A stretch of 64,000 nucleotides of DNA from Pseudomonadota bacterium (GTDB lineage: Bacteria; Campylobacterota; Campylobacteria; Campylobacterales; Sulfurimonadaceae): assembly GCA_043797085.1 (NCBI GenBank), contig JAZDQA010000008.1:64001-128000 (forward strand). Direction: 5' to 3'. Position numbers and translations under genes: made by a program. Of this stretch, positions 27,895 through 38,158 are shown piece by piece. Each line of letters starts with the position of its first letter. The stretch's first letter is position 1. Under the pieces are notes generated by a model that worked only from the letters and a program-made list of their open reading frames with translations, had not been told where the DNA came from and did no database searches.

Positions 27895-29965
27895 ACAAGA
27901 ACAAGTCAAAGCGATTTTTATCGAAGAAGCGGGTGAAATCATCGAAAAATTGGATGTCGATATTCTCCGATTTGAAGAGAACTCGGCTGATTTTGATCTA
28001 CTGAATGAGATTTTCAGAGGAGTTCATACCCTAAAGGGAAATGCCAATGCGTTTGGCTTTACCCGTTTGGGAGAATTTGTACACCATTTCGAAGATGTTC
28101 TCGACCACTATCGCAGTACCAAAGAGGATGTAGAAGAGCATCATCTGGAACTCTTTGTCGGTAGTGTGGATGTTATAAAAGAGGTCATGACATGTGAACT
28201 CGATGCACTTCCTGATTTGCCCTTGGATTATGCAGGATGCTTGGAGAAGATCAAACACCTCATAGCGTCGAAAAAAAATAAATTCGTAGAACCGAGTATA
28301 GAAGTAAATATGCAAGTATTTAATGATTTAGCCACAGAATTTGCTTTTGATGATATTCAGCTTCAAGATACAGCAGTAGAGAAATGTATTGAAATCCATC
28401 AAGCTTTACGTACTGAGGGGCTAAATCTCTATCGCATCGAGTTAACGCTCGATGGTGATTGCTATAAACGAGGGTTTGATCATCTTTTGTTTTTGAAGTT
28501 ATTGGCCCAAAATGCAACTGCATTGGAAAGCTTCTTTGAGCTTGACAATGTTCATTCTTTGGATACCTTCAGCAGTGATGAAAATGCGATCACGAGAGTA
28601 AGTGCAATTCTTTTGAGTGCTCAAACACCCAACGATGTAGCAGAGAATTTTGAATATTTATCCGATCATGAATACAGCATCGTGCTCATTGACCCTATTG
28701 TTGTGTCTGTAGAAAAAGTACAAGCGGTTGTCGTTGAAAAAAGTCCCGATACAGAGGTGGCAAAAACATCCTCTGCGAATGCACCAAAATCTACTATTCG
28801 TATTGATACGTTCAAACTTGACGAGCTTTTTGATTCGGTTGGTGAACTGGTAATCGCCCAAAACTTCATCGCCCAAAATGAAAAAATACGTGCCATCGAA
28901 GATGAATCGATCAGCCGAGCCATTGAAACGCTGTCCAAAATCACAAAACGAATTCAAGACCGAGTTATGAGTCTGCGAATGGTCGCGATACGCGATACTT
29001 TTGACAAGATGAAGCGAGTGGTTCGCGACACGTCTAAAAAGACGGGAAAAGAGCTTCATCTAAACGTCCAGGGTGAAGAGACAGAAATCGACAAAACGAT
29101 GATAGACAGTTTATCGGATCCATTGATCCATATTATCCGAAATGCTATCGATCACGGGCTTGAAGCGGATGGCGCTGAGAGACTGAGTGTCGGTAAAAAA
29201 GTAGAAGGGACAATAACGCTTCGTGCCTATCATAAAAGTGGCAGTATCGTTATCAGTGTCAGTGACGACGGACGAGGAATCAACAAAGAAAAAGTATTGA
29301 AAAAAGCGATTGAGCGAGGGATAATCACGGGGGATGAAAATTTGACCGATTCTCAGATCTTTGCACTCATTATGCAGCCGGGATTCTCAACAGCGGATGC
29401 TATCAGTGATCTCTCCGGACGCGGAGTTGGTTTGGATGTGGTGAAAACCTCGATCGAAAAACTGCGCGGGAAGATCGAAATTGAATCCAAAGAGGGAGTA
29501 GGGACAACATTCTCCATGGTTCTTCCTCTGACGTTGGCGATTATAGATGGAATGCTGGTTCAAGCTGCCGGTGAGATTTATATTATTCCGACTCTCAGTG
29601 TGGTGGAATCTTTTCGACCCGAACGTGAAATCGTCCATGCCCTCAAAGAAAAAGGGGAATTTGTCTCTCTGCGAGGACAGCATATACCGGTTATCCGTCT
29701 CAGTGATATATTTGAACTCCCCACTAAGCGAATCGAGCCGTGGGAAGGGATTTTAGTCTGTGTCGAAACGGAAGCCGGGCGTATTGCTATCATGGTGGAT
29801 GAACTTGTAGGTCGGCAGCAAGTGGTGATAAAACCCTTGGGCAAGGCATTGGCGAAACTTAAAGAGATCACAGGTGGTGCAATTTTAGGAAGCGGTGACA
29901 TTGCTCTTATTCTTAATGTCGATGAACTGCGTCCTCTAATCGAGGCTCCTCATGGTGGAAATTGA
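27887..29965 (+). CDS. cheA: Chemotaxis histidine kinase CheA
   Basis: HTLKG HPt domain, HIIRNAIDHG, DDGRG, GRGVGLDVV, C-terminal CheW-like domain; start ATG 27887. Confidence 0.95.
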   Translation: MTKQEQVKAIFIEEAGEIIEKLDVDILRFEENSADFDLLNEIFRGVHTLKGNANAFGFTRLGEFVHHFEDVLDHYRSTKEDVEEHHLELFVGSVDVIKEVMTCELDALPDLPLDYAGCLEKIKHLIASKKNKFVEPSIEVNMQVFNDLATEFAFDDIQLQDTAVEKCIEIHQALRTEGLNLYRIELTLDGDCYKRGFDHLLFLKLLAQNATALESFFELDNVHSLDTFSSDENAITRVSAILLSAQTPNDVAENFEYLSDHEYSIVLIDPIVVSVEKVQAVVVEKSPDTEVAKTSSANAPKSTIRIDTFKLDELFDSVGELVIAQNFIAQNEKIRAIEDESISRAIETLSKITKRIQDRVMSLRMVAIRDTFDKMKRVVRDTSKKTGKELHLNVQGEETEIDKTMIDSLSDPLIHIIRNAIDHGLEADGAERLSVGKKVEGTITLRAYHKSGSIVISVSDDGRGINKEKVLKKAIERGIITGDENLTDSQIFALIMQPGFSTADAISDLSGRGVGLDVVKTSIEKLRGKIEIESKEGVGTTFSMVLPLTLAIIDGMLVQAAGEIYIIPTLSVVESFRPEREIVHALKEKGEFVSLRGQHIPVIRLSDIFELPTKRIEPWEGILVCVETEAGRIAIMVDELVGRQQVVIKPLGKALAKLKEITGGAILGSGDIALILNVDELRPLIEAPHGGN

Positions 29966-30776
29966 GTTAAAACCGGAAGAATTTGCACTTTTTCGTCGTT
30001 ATATTTATGACAAAGTCGGAATCGCATTATCTGAACAAAAAAGTACATTGGTAAAAGGACGGCTGAACAAACGGCTCAATCAGTTGGGTTTACACTCATT
30101 CCGTGCTTACTATGATTATTTGATCGTGGAGGAATCGGGCGAAGAATTAGCATTGTTTATCAATGCCATCTCGACCAATGTCACCTCCTTTTTCCGTGAA
30201 GGGGCGCAATGGAAATGGCTGGAAACGTATTTGCCCGCACTCATTGCGTCAAAGCGGGAGAAAAAAATTCGTATCTGGTCGGCTGGATGTTCCAGTGGTG
30301 AAGAACCTTATACTATTTTGATGTTTTTACAGCATCATTTGAGTGATTTCGAGCAATGGGATATTAAGATTTTGGCAACCGATATCTCGGCTAAAGTCCT
30401 CTCAAAAGCCATTGCAGGCAAGTATGATGCCAAGCAAGTAGAATCGCTTTCTAAAGAGATTCTCCATCGTGCCTTTGATAAAGTAAAAACCCAACAAGGT
30501 TTGACGTATCAGATAGCACCTCATTTACGCCAGAAAGTTCTGTTTCGTCTTTACAATCTGGTAACCGATCCATTTTTTTTCAAAAATAAATTTGACATGG
30601 TTTTTTGCCGTAATGTGATGATTTACTTTGATGATACGACCCGTCATGAACTAATCGGCCGTTTTACCACGGTATTGCCAAAAGGAGCTCCTCTTTTTCT
30701 AGGGAGTTCCGAATCTTTGACCACCCATCGCGAGACACTAAAGCTTTTGGGTTCGTCGATCTATCAACGTTTATAA
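29952..30776 (+). CDS. cheR: Chemotaxis methyltransferase CheR
   Basis: TNVTSFFRE, WSAGCSSGEEPY, CRNVMIYF. Confidence 0.95.
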   Translation: MVEIELKPEEFALFRRYIYDKVGIALSEQKSTLVKGRLNKRLNQLGLHSFRAYYDYLIVEESGEELALFINAISTNVTSFFREGAQWKWLETYLPALIASKREKKIRIWSAGCSSGEEPYTILMFLQHHLSDFEQWDIKILATDISAKVLSKAIAGKYDAKQVESLSKEILHRAFDKVKTQQGLTYQIAPHLRQKVLFRLYNLVTDPFFFKNKFDMVFCRNVMIYFDDTTRHELIGRFTTVLPKGAPLFLGSSESLTTHRETLKLLGSSIYQRL

Positions 30777-30786
30777 AAGGGCTCCT

Positions 30787-32139
30787 ATGGAGAAACTACA
30801 AACCGCTATGACACTAAAAGAGGCCAAATTCGACATCAATGAGCTCTTTTTTTCGATTACCGATCAAGACAGTACGATTCGTTCCGGAAATGAAGTATTT
30901 ATTCGAATTAGCGGCTATAGAAAAGACGAATTAATCGGAAGTTTTCATAATATTATCCGCCATCCCGATATGCCTAAAATCCTTTTTAAAACGTTTTGGG
31001 AGTATTTGCAAGCGGGTAAACCGATTGTGGCGTATGTGAAAAACAAGACAAAAGAGGGGGGATACTATTGGGTTTTAGCGGCGGTTTTTCCTCTCAATGA
31101 CCGCTATGTTTCGATTCGTATTAAACCCAACAGCACGCTCTTCACAGCAGCAAAAGAGCTTTATTTTAAATTATTGATGGCAGAAACAAAAGAGAATGTT
31201 GAAGCCAGTGATACACTCTTACCGCAACTATTAAGTGAGCTAGGATACACAACGTACGATCATTTTATGAGTGATATTTTACTCCACGAGTTGCAAGAAC
31301 GCCAAAAGGTCATTTCATATTCAGAAAATGAATCACAGCTTGAATCTCCTTTGACTTTGGCTTACAGCTACAGTAAAACACTCATGAAAGAGTATGACCG
31401 CTGGTTTGACAAAATAGAGATGTTTAGCCAAGTAAAGTCGATGTTTGAAGAAAAAGGTATGGTTCTGCGTCTTCTTGCACGTGAGATTGTGTTTTTGTCA
31501 CTCAATGCCTCGGTATCGTCCTATAAAATTGAAAACGGGGGTGAAACGTTTGGTGTCCTTGCCCGTGATATTCGGATAAATGCAAAAGAGAATGATGCTC
31601 TAATCGATCAGATTCATCGCAGTGTTGAGATGATAACACTCTTGCTTAATGAGGTTATTTTTTCTGTTTCCACCCTACGGCTGCAAATTGAGATGGTGCT
31701 CTTTTTTTTAGAAGAGGTATTGCATAACAGTGATGAGTTTGGGATGAATGAGATAGTGAATAATATGAATGATTTAGTCGTTTTGGTCATAAATTATACG
31801 GATAAATTAAACGCGGTTCAAACACAGCTGGAGACAAAAATTCAAGAGACGCTTATTAATCTTGATCAGCTCGAACAGCAAATGATGTATTTGGGCTACG
31901 TTCAAATCTATGGCATTATCGAAGCTGCTGCGAGCCAAGATGAGTCCGCACGGTTTCAAGTTATCTTCTCACAACTCAAAACGTTGGTACAGCAAACCTC
32001 TCATGAGATTGAAACAATGCAAAAAATGGGAGCAAGTTTTTATTCTGAAAACCGTATTCTGATGGAAAAATCAGCCGGTATTGAAAAAGTATCGAAACTT
32101 TTAAAAGAAGAAATTCTAATCCTGCAAAGAAGGAAATAA
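30787..32139 (+). CDS. Soluble Aer-like PAS protein with degenerate MCP-signalling-like region
   Basis: HNIIRHPDMP and NKTKEGGYYWV PAS motifs; FLSLNASVSS..GETFGVLARDIR; no TM helix evident. Confidence 0.75.
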   Translation: MEKLQTAMTLKEAKFDINELFFSITDQDSTIRSGNEVFIRISGYRKDELIGSFHNIIRHPDMPKILFKTFWEYLQAGKPIVAYVKNKTKEGGYYWVLAAVFPLNDRYVSIRIKPNSTLFTAAKELYFKLLMAETKENVEASDTLLPQLLSELGYTTYDHFMSDILLHELQERQKVISYSENESQLESPLTLAYSYSKTLMKEYDRWFDKIEMFSQVKSMFEEKGMVLRLLAREIVFLSLNASVSSYKIENGGETFGVLARDIRINAKENDALIDQIHRSVEMITLLLNEVIFSVSTLRLQIEMVLFFLEEVLHNSDEFGMNEIVNNMNDLVVLVINYTDKLNAVQTQLETKIQETLINLDQLEQQMMYLGYVQIYGIIEAAASQDESARFQVIFSQLKTLVQQTSHEIETMQKMGASFYSENRILMEKSAGIEKVSKLLKEEILILQRRK

Positions 32140-32143
32140 TAAC

Positions 32144-32938
32144 ATGGATGAAATAACTTTTTTAAGCCGTAAAATTTTAGATTTGAATAAACAACTCATC
32201 GAAAGTGAAAAAGCAAAGTCACGGTTTTTATCCCTGATAGCCAATGAGCTTAACAATCCCATGACAGCGATTTTAGGAATGATACCTCATTTGGCACCTC
32301 CTGTTGGGGATGCCAGAGAAGCTATTTTTGATTTAGCACACGAAGAGGTTCTACTGTTAGATTCTCGAATCCAAAATCTTGTTGCTGCTTCTGAAATAGA
32401 GAGTGGAAAAATGGACACTACTTACGCACTGGTTGACCCAAAAGTTCTGATCGAAGAAGCACTGGAATCGTTTAAATATCGTATTAAAAATAAAAATATC
32501 ACTGTTAAACTTCAGAGCAATTTGGAGGTAAAAATCGTCTCTGACCCCAAAAAACTTTATCTGATTCTCAAAAACGTTTTAGCCAATGCGTGCGATTACG
32601 GAGAGGCTGGGGAAATTGTCAATGTTGATATTACACAAAACGATTCCAACCTTATTGTTGAAATCAAAAATCAAGGCACTCTTCCTCACGTAGAGTATAA
32701 ACCTCAAATCTTTACCCGTTTTGCCAACGGTCCCCAAGGAGATCACGGTCTGGGTCTTGGATTAAGCATTGCTCGTGAGCTTTGTGAACGATTGGGTGGA
32801 AATATCGATTATGATGCACAAGAATCGACAGTAACGTTTACCATGACGTTCCCTCTCCAATCAACACTTCCCGATTCTCAAGCCTGCGGTTCAAATGAAT
32901 TTTTATTTGAATCCTTTGATGATGCAATAGAACTCTAA
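32144..32938 (+). CDS. Sensorless histidine-kinase-like protein lacking the phospho-His
   Basis: H-box reads ANELNNPM; N-box NVLANA; G2 box GLGLGL. Confidence 0.75.
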   Translation: MDEITFLSRKILDLNKQLIESEKAKSRFLSLIANELNNPMTAILGMIPHLAPPVGDAREAIFDLAHEEVLLLDSRIQNLVAASEIESGKMDTTYALVDPKVLIEEALESFKYRIKNKNITVKLQSNLEVKIVSDPKKLYLILKNVLANACDYGEAGEIVNVDITQNDSNLIVEIKNQGTLPHVEYKPQIFTRFANGPQGDHGLGLGLSIARELCERLGGNIDYDAQESTVTFTMTFPLQSTLPDSQACGSNEFLFESFDDAIEL

Positions 32939-33420
32939 TGATTCAAGGAACCTCTACCTTTATCCATGTCGGACAGATTCATGTGGACAGCTCACCCGCT
33001 GCGATTTCTACTGTTTTAGGATCGTGTGTTGCGGTATGTTTGTACGATGCTAAACTAGGTATCGGGGGGATGAATCATTATTTGCTCCCATTTTGGAACG
33101 GTAATGGTCTCCAATCACCGAAATTTGGAAATATATCGATTCCAAAACTGATCGAATCGATGTTTTCTCACGGATCGACGCATAGAACGATTCAAGCAAA
33201 AATATTTGGCGGAGCCTCGATGAATATCATGGCAACGGAAGCAATGATGATTGGACAAAAAAACATTTTGGTAGCTAAAGAGATTTTAGATGAGTACAAA
33301 ATCGCCATTGTGGCAGAAGATGTGGGCGGTCAAAACGGTCGAAAGATCCAATTTGATCTGGAACGGGGAAAAGTGCTGTTAAAGTACACTTCTCGCAGTG
33401 ATTGTGGAATAGGGGGATGA
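32938..33420 (+). CDS. cheD: Chemoreceptor glutamine deamidase CheD
   Basis: TVLGSCVAVCLYD, GGMNHYLLP, AKIFGGA, DVGG. Confidence 0.93.
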   Translation: MIQGTSTFIHVGQIHVDSSPAAISTVLGSCVAVCLYDAKLGIGGMNHYLLPFWNGNGLQSPKFGNISIPKLIESMFSHGSTHRTIQAKIFGGASMNIMATEAMMIGQKNILVAKEILDEYKIAIVAEDVGGQNGRKIQFDLERGKVLLKYTSRSDCGIGG

Positions 33421-33424
33421 TGGA

Positions 33425-34447
33425 ATGGCAATACGAGTATTGATTGTCGATGACAGTGCTACGGCTCGGGCAGTTTTAAGTGATATTCTAAGTGGCGATC
33501 CGATGATCGAAGTGGTAGGAACAGCGTCCGATGCTTATATCGCACGCGATAAAATCGTTGAGTTGCGTCCCGATGTCATATGTTTGGATGTCGAGATGCC
33601 TCGCATGGATGGGATAACGTTTTTAAAACGACTGATGCACTATATGCCCATTCCGGTGATTATGGTCTCATCGTTGACTCAAGCAGGAGCTAAGACGACG
33701 TTAGAAGCTCTCGAATCAGGAGCCGTGGATTTTGTCCCTAAGCCCCATTCTCATATCTATGACGGCAAAGATGAGATGCGGGATGAGCTGATAGCAAAGA
33801 TAAAAATTGCTTCCCGTGTAAAAGTAAAACAGCATATTCTTCGCAGCACCGCACAAGCCAACACCACTTCGCTTGCAGAAACAACCAATAAGATCTTGGC
33901 GATTGGGGCTTCTACTGGAGGTACCGAAGCACTCAAAGATGTGCTGATGGGACTTCCCCGCAATGCACCGGGCACGATTGTCGTTCAGCACATGCCCGCT
34001 AACTTTACAGGAGCGTTTGCCCAGCGTCTCAACTCACTGTGTGCGATGGAAGTTCGCGAGGCTTGCAATGGTGATTCGATTACGCCGGGATTAGTATTGA
34101 TAGCTCCGGGTGATTATCACATGGTAGTACGCCGTTCAGGTGCTCGTTACTATGTCGAAATCGGAAGTGGTGAAAAAGTATCGGGTCATCGACCATCTGC
34201 TGATGTACTTCTCAATTCGGTCGCTAAAATCGCTGGAGCCAATGCTATTGGCGTTATCCTAACCGGCATGGGCGGTGATGGGGCGAAAGGGCTTTTGGCA
34301 ATGCGCAATGCAGGAGCACGAACGATTGGTCAAGATGAGGCTAGTTGTGTCGTGTACGGTATGCCCAAAGTCGCGTATGAACTGGGAGCAGTCGAAAACC
34401 AACTTCCTCTCTCCAAAATAGCCAATGGTATTCTCGCTGTATTGTAG
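33425..34447 (+). CDS. cheB: Chemotaxis methylesterase CheB
   Basis: REC domain plus GASTGG, QHMP, LTGMGGDGA. Confidence 0.95.
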   Translation: MAIRVLIVDDSATARAVLSDILSGDPMIEVVGTASDAYIARDKIVELRPDVICLDVEMPRMDGITFLKRLMHYMPIPVIMVSSLTQAGAKTTLEALESGAVDFVPKPHSHIYDGKDEMRDELIAKIKIASRVKVKQHILRSTAQANTTSLAETTNKILAIGASTGGTEALKDVLMGLPRNAPGTIVVQHMPANFTGAFAQRLNSLCAMEVREACNGDSITPGLVLIAPGDYHMVVRRSGARYYVEIGSGEKVSGHRPSADVLLNSVAKIAGANAIGVILTGMGGDGAKGLLAMRNAGARTIGQDEASCVVYGMPKVAYELGAVENQLPLSKIANGILAVL

Positions 34448-34548
34448 TATACTGAGACTGTTTTATGATTTTTATTATCTATGATATGCGTTAAAAATAG
34501 CGACTAAACGTTTTTATCATTTAAGATTTTTTAGAACAGGCAGGGGAC

Positions 34549-35598
34549 ATGATTACGATTAAAAATTTGCAGAAGTTTTCACTTCGATTAAAAATGTTGT
34601 ATGTAGAAGACAACGATTCAGTACGAGAAGAAACGGCCAAGGTCTTTAAACCACTTTTTCAGAGTGTTGATGTAGCTTCAAACGGCAAAGAAGGACTGGA
34701 AAAATACAATAAAGCCCTTTATGATATCGTTATTACCGACATCAATATGCCGATAATGAATGGTATAGATATGATCGAACGTATACGGGAAATAAATCCT
34801 GAGCAAAAAATCATAGCAATTTCAGCACACGACGAAACGACGATACTTCTTAATCTCATTCGCAAAGGGGTGAGCAGTTTTATCATTAAACCTATCAATC
34901 TTGATGACATGCTGACGGTACTTTATCCTGTTTGTCGAGATGCGGATGCACAAAATACGAATATTGAGCTTTTCAATGCACTTCAATCAGAGCGAAAAAA
35001 ACTCAAACAAATGGTTGGGGTGTTGACCTCGTATTTGCATACAGTCGACATCAAAAACGATCAATTGGGAGAACTCTCTACGCAAATGCATACGGAGGAA
35101 AAATCACAGCTTTTAGAAGAATATTTTGCCAACGATGAAGATCAAGGTGATGAAAAAGTTGTTTTCATTTTGGATGATTGTGAGGAAATAAGAGATTTAT
35201 TAAATGAAATTCCTGATGAACTCGCCAACTACACCCAAGATTCTCAGATGCATCATATTCATAGAGTACGTGATGCTATTTCCAAAATATCCAATATTTT
35301 GTTTCGGTACAGCCCATTTTTGGATCCTTTGGCGGAGAGCTTAGAGCGACTTTCCCGTCTTATCGCAGAAGAAAAAGATTTTATTCCAATGCTTGATAGC
35401 AAACCTGATCATATACTTAAACTTTTTGATTCGATTTGTATCGATTTAAGCATTTATGTAAAACGCTTTGCAACTGAGAGTATGGCGATGAAAAACATTC
35501 ACCATATCCATCAACCTACTACTATGAGCATTCAGCAAATTATCACACTTATTTCCCCTGATGAGAATGAGGAGGAGGGTGATATTGAATTTTTTTAA
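34549..35598 (+). CDS. Response regulator (REC plus helical C-terminal domain)
   Basis: YVEDN, TDINMP, IKP; C-terminus EEEGDIEFF. Confidence 0.8.
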   Translation: MITIKNLQKFSLRLKMLYVEDNDSVREETAKVFKPLFQSVDVASNGKEGLEKYNKALYDIVITDINMPIMNGIDMIERIREINPEQKIIAISAHDETTILLNLIRKGVSSFIIKPINLDDMLTVLYPVCRDADAQNTNIELFNALQSERKKLKQMVGVLTSYLHTVDIKNDQLGELSTQMHTEEKSQLLEEYFANDEDQGDEKVVFILDDCEEIRDLLNEIPDELANYTQDSQMHHIHRVRDAISKISNILFRYSPFLDPLAESLERLSRLIAEEKDFIPMLDSKPDHILKLFDSICIDLSIYVKRFATESMAMKNIHHIHQPTTMSIQQIITLISPDENEEEGDIEFF

Positions 35599-38158
35599 AA
35601 AATGTGATCCTGTCAGCATAACAGTATTAATCGTTTTAATTGGCTTGCTGAGTTTTATTCGACTCAATGAAGGGTATTTGCCTTTTCATGTTATTGTTGA
35701 ATTATTTGCGGTTATTATAGGCATTATTATTGCGGTTATTGCCTATTATATGCATGCCTTTACCCGAAATAATTTCCTCCTATTTTTAGGTATTGGCTTT
35801 TTCTGGGTTGCTTTTTTAGATCTTTTCCACATGCTCAGTTATCATGGTATGAATCTGTTTTCGTATGTTTTGACACCAAATTCTGCAACAACTTTATGGA
35901 TTTTCGGTCGTATACTGTGGATCATAACAATTTTATTGGCTCCCTTTATTCTTTTTAAGAGAGTATCACCACGTTTTATTTTTAGTGTGATGGGTGCTCT
36001 ATCAATCACTATTTATGTAGCTACCTTTACGGACTCTATGCCACTTATGTACTCTTCGAAAGGGTTAACACCGATGAAAATCGGACTTGAGTACACTGTG
36101 ATATTCTTCTCACTGCTTGCTATGTGGATTTACTATATCAAGCAAAATATCTTTAATCCGATGATGTATCGTATGATTCAGTTATCGTTGATATTTGGGA
36201 TTGCGGCAGAGAGCTGTTTCACCCTCTACACGACTGATGTCTATGGCATTATGAATTTTACAGGACATATTTTCAAATTTCTTTCCTATTGGATGATATT
36301 TCAAGGAATTGTTGTTGCTGCACTCAAAGAGCCTTTTTCGGTGATGGCAAAAGCATCCAATACGTATGATACGATTCCCGTATCCGTTGTGGTTGCGGAT
36401 GCTGAGGGAATAGTCCGTCAGGTCAATCAGGCAACAAGTCGATGTTTTGCTAAATCGTCTGAAGATATGGTGGGACAGGATAATCATGATATTTTGCATC
36501 CTTCTGGCATCGATAAAGACCAGTGTGCCGTGTGTCGCGCCATTGCACTCAAAAAACAAACAACGGTGGAAGTTGCTTTTGGAAAGCAGCACAAACAATA
36601 CACGGTAAGTCCCATAGAAATAGAGGGAAAAGTAACAGGAACACTCCAAATTTGCACCGATATGACAGAGCGTAAAAAGTTTGAAGATGCTCTTTTACAT
36701 GAAAAAGAGACGGCACAAAATTATTTGGACATTGTTGATGTCATGTTACTGGTTATCGATACAGATAAAAAAGTTCAATTACTCAATCGCAGAGGGTGCG
36801 AAATCATCGGTTACGATTTTGATGAAGTTGTTGGTAAAAATTGGATTGAAAACTTTTTGCCTAAACGATTTCGTAATGAGGTAGTAGAAGTAAGCAATCA
36901 ACTTATGAAGTCGGACAAAGTAGCGAGTTACCATGAAAATCAAATTTTAAGAAAAAATGGGGAAGAGCGGCTAATCGCATGGAGAAACACACCTTTATTT
37001 GATCTTGAAAATAACTTTATTGGTATTTTGTGTTCAGGTGATGACGTTACAGACAGACGTAAAGAACAACAACAAATCAAAGAGAGTGAAGAGTTCTATC
37101 GAACCATTTTTTCGTCGGTCAATGAAGGCATTTTAATTCTACAGGATAATATCATCACAGACTGTAATGAGCCGGCATTGGAACTTTTCGAAAAAGAAAG
37201 AGCAGAGCTGATCGGTATGGATATTTTCGATTCGGCAGATAATATTGAGTGTCGTGATAAGAGTCTGGACTTTTACTTAGATACAGCTTATCACGGCTTT
37301 GACTCTATGGCAGAGTGTTCGCTGACATTGCATACAAAGGAAACAAAAGTAGTGGAGTTCACCCTCTCTGGTTTGGAAAATGAAACTGAAAACAAACTCG
37401 TTATGATCGCTCGAGACATGACTAAAAAGATTGAATCCGAAAGATTATTCAATCTTCAGACACGTCAAGCGCAGATGGGAGAGATGATTTCGATGATTGC
37501 TCATCAGTGGCGTCAGCCTCTCGCCATCATAAACGCCATTACCACTCAAATGCGCTTTAAAGAATACATGAATGGGTATGAAGATTCGGTCGAACAAAAC
37601 AATCTAATCAAAATTGAGGAACAGTGTACTCATCTCTCTCAAACCATTTCTGAATACAGAGATTTTTTCCGACCCGATAAACCCAAAGAATATTTTGAAC
37701 TCTCTTTACTTTTGAAGCATGCTCTCCATTTGATTGAACACACGCTCAAAAATCAGGGAATTGAAATTGAAGAAGTGATTCAGGACGATCCTAAGCTTTT
37801 CAGTTATCGAAACGAAATTTTGCAGGTCCTGATTGCTTTGTTAAAAAATTCATTGGATGCCTTTGAAGACAATGAGCTTGAGTACGGAAAAATAGTTATT
37901 ACCTTGAATAGTGATGATACCTACTGTATGTTAAGTATTCATGATAATGCAGGTGGGATTAAACCTGAAAATATGAATAAACTTTTCATCCCTTATTTTA
38001 CGACAAAAAATAAAAACGATGGAACAGGGTTGGGTCTGTATATGAGCAAGATGATTATTCAGGATCATTGTCACGGTATACTAGAGGTGTACACCCAAAA
38101 GAATGAAACAACATTTACCATAAAAATCCCTCATACAAAGGAAGCTCATGATGTTTAA
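35561..38158 (+). CDS. Membrane sensor histidine kinase (MASE3-like TM domain, PAS domains); start may be GTG 35579 or TTG 35585
   Basis: HVIVELF..DLFHMLSY multi-TM region, PAS repeats, AHQWRQPL H-box, DNAGG, GTGLGL. Confidence 0.88.
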   Translation: MRMRRRVILNFFKKCDPVSITVLIVLIGLLSFIRLNEGYLPFHVIVELFAVIIGIIIAVIAYYMHAFTRNNFLLFLGIGFFWVAFLDLFHMLSYHGMNLFSYVLTPNSATTLWIFGRILWIITILLAPFILFKRVSPRFIFSVMGALSITIYVATFTDSMPLMYSSKGLTPMKIGLEYTVIFFSLLAMWIYYIKQNIFNPMMYRMIQLSLIFGIAAESCFTLYTTDVYGIMNFTGHIFKFLSYWMIFQGIVVAALKEPFSVMAKASNTYDTIPVSVVVADAEGIVRQVNQATSRCFAKSSEDMVGQDNHDILHPSGIDKDQCAVCRAIALKKQTTVEVAFGKQHKQYTVSPIEIEGKVTGTLQICTDMTERKKFEDALLHEKETAQNYLDIVDVMLLVIDTDKKVQLLNRRGCEIIGYDFDEVVGKNWIENFLPKRFRNEVVEVSNQLMKSDKVASYHENQILRKNGEERLIAWRNTPLFDLENNFIGILCSGDDVTDRRKEQQQIKESEEFYRTIFSSVNEGILILQDNIITDCNEPALELFEKERAELIGMDIFDSADNIECRDKSLDFYLDTAYHGFDSMAECSLTLHTKETKVVEFTLSGLENETENKLVMIARDMTKKIESERLFNLQTRQAQMGEMISMIAHQWRQPLAIINAITTQMRFKEYMNGYEDSVEQNNLIKIEEQCTHLSQTISEYRDFFRPDKPKEYFELSLLLKHALHLIEHTLKNQGIEIEEVIQDDPKLFSYRNEILQVLIALLKNSLDAFEDNELEYGKIVITLNSDDTYCMLSIHDNAGGIKPENMNKLFIPYFTTKNKNDGTGLGLYMSKMIIQDHCHGILEVYTQKNETTFTIKIPHTKEAHDV

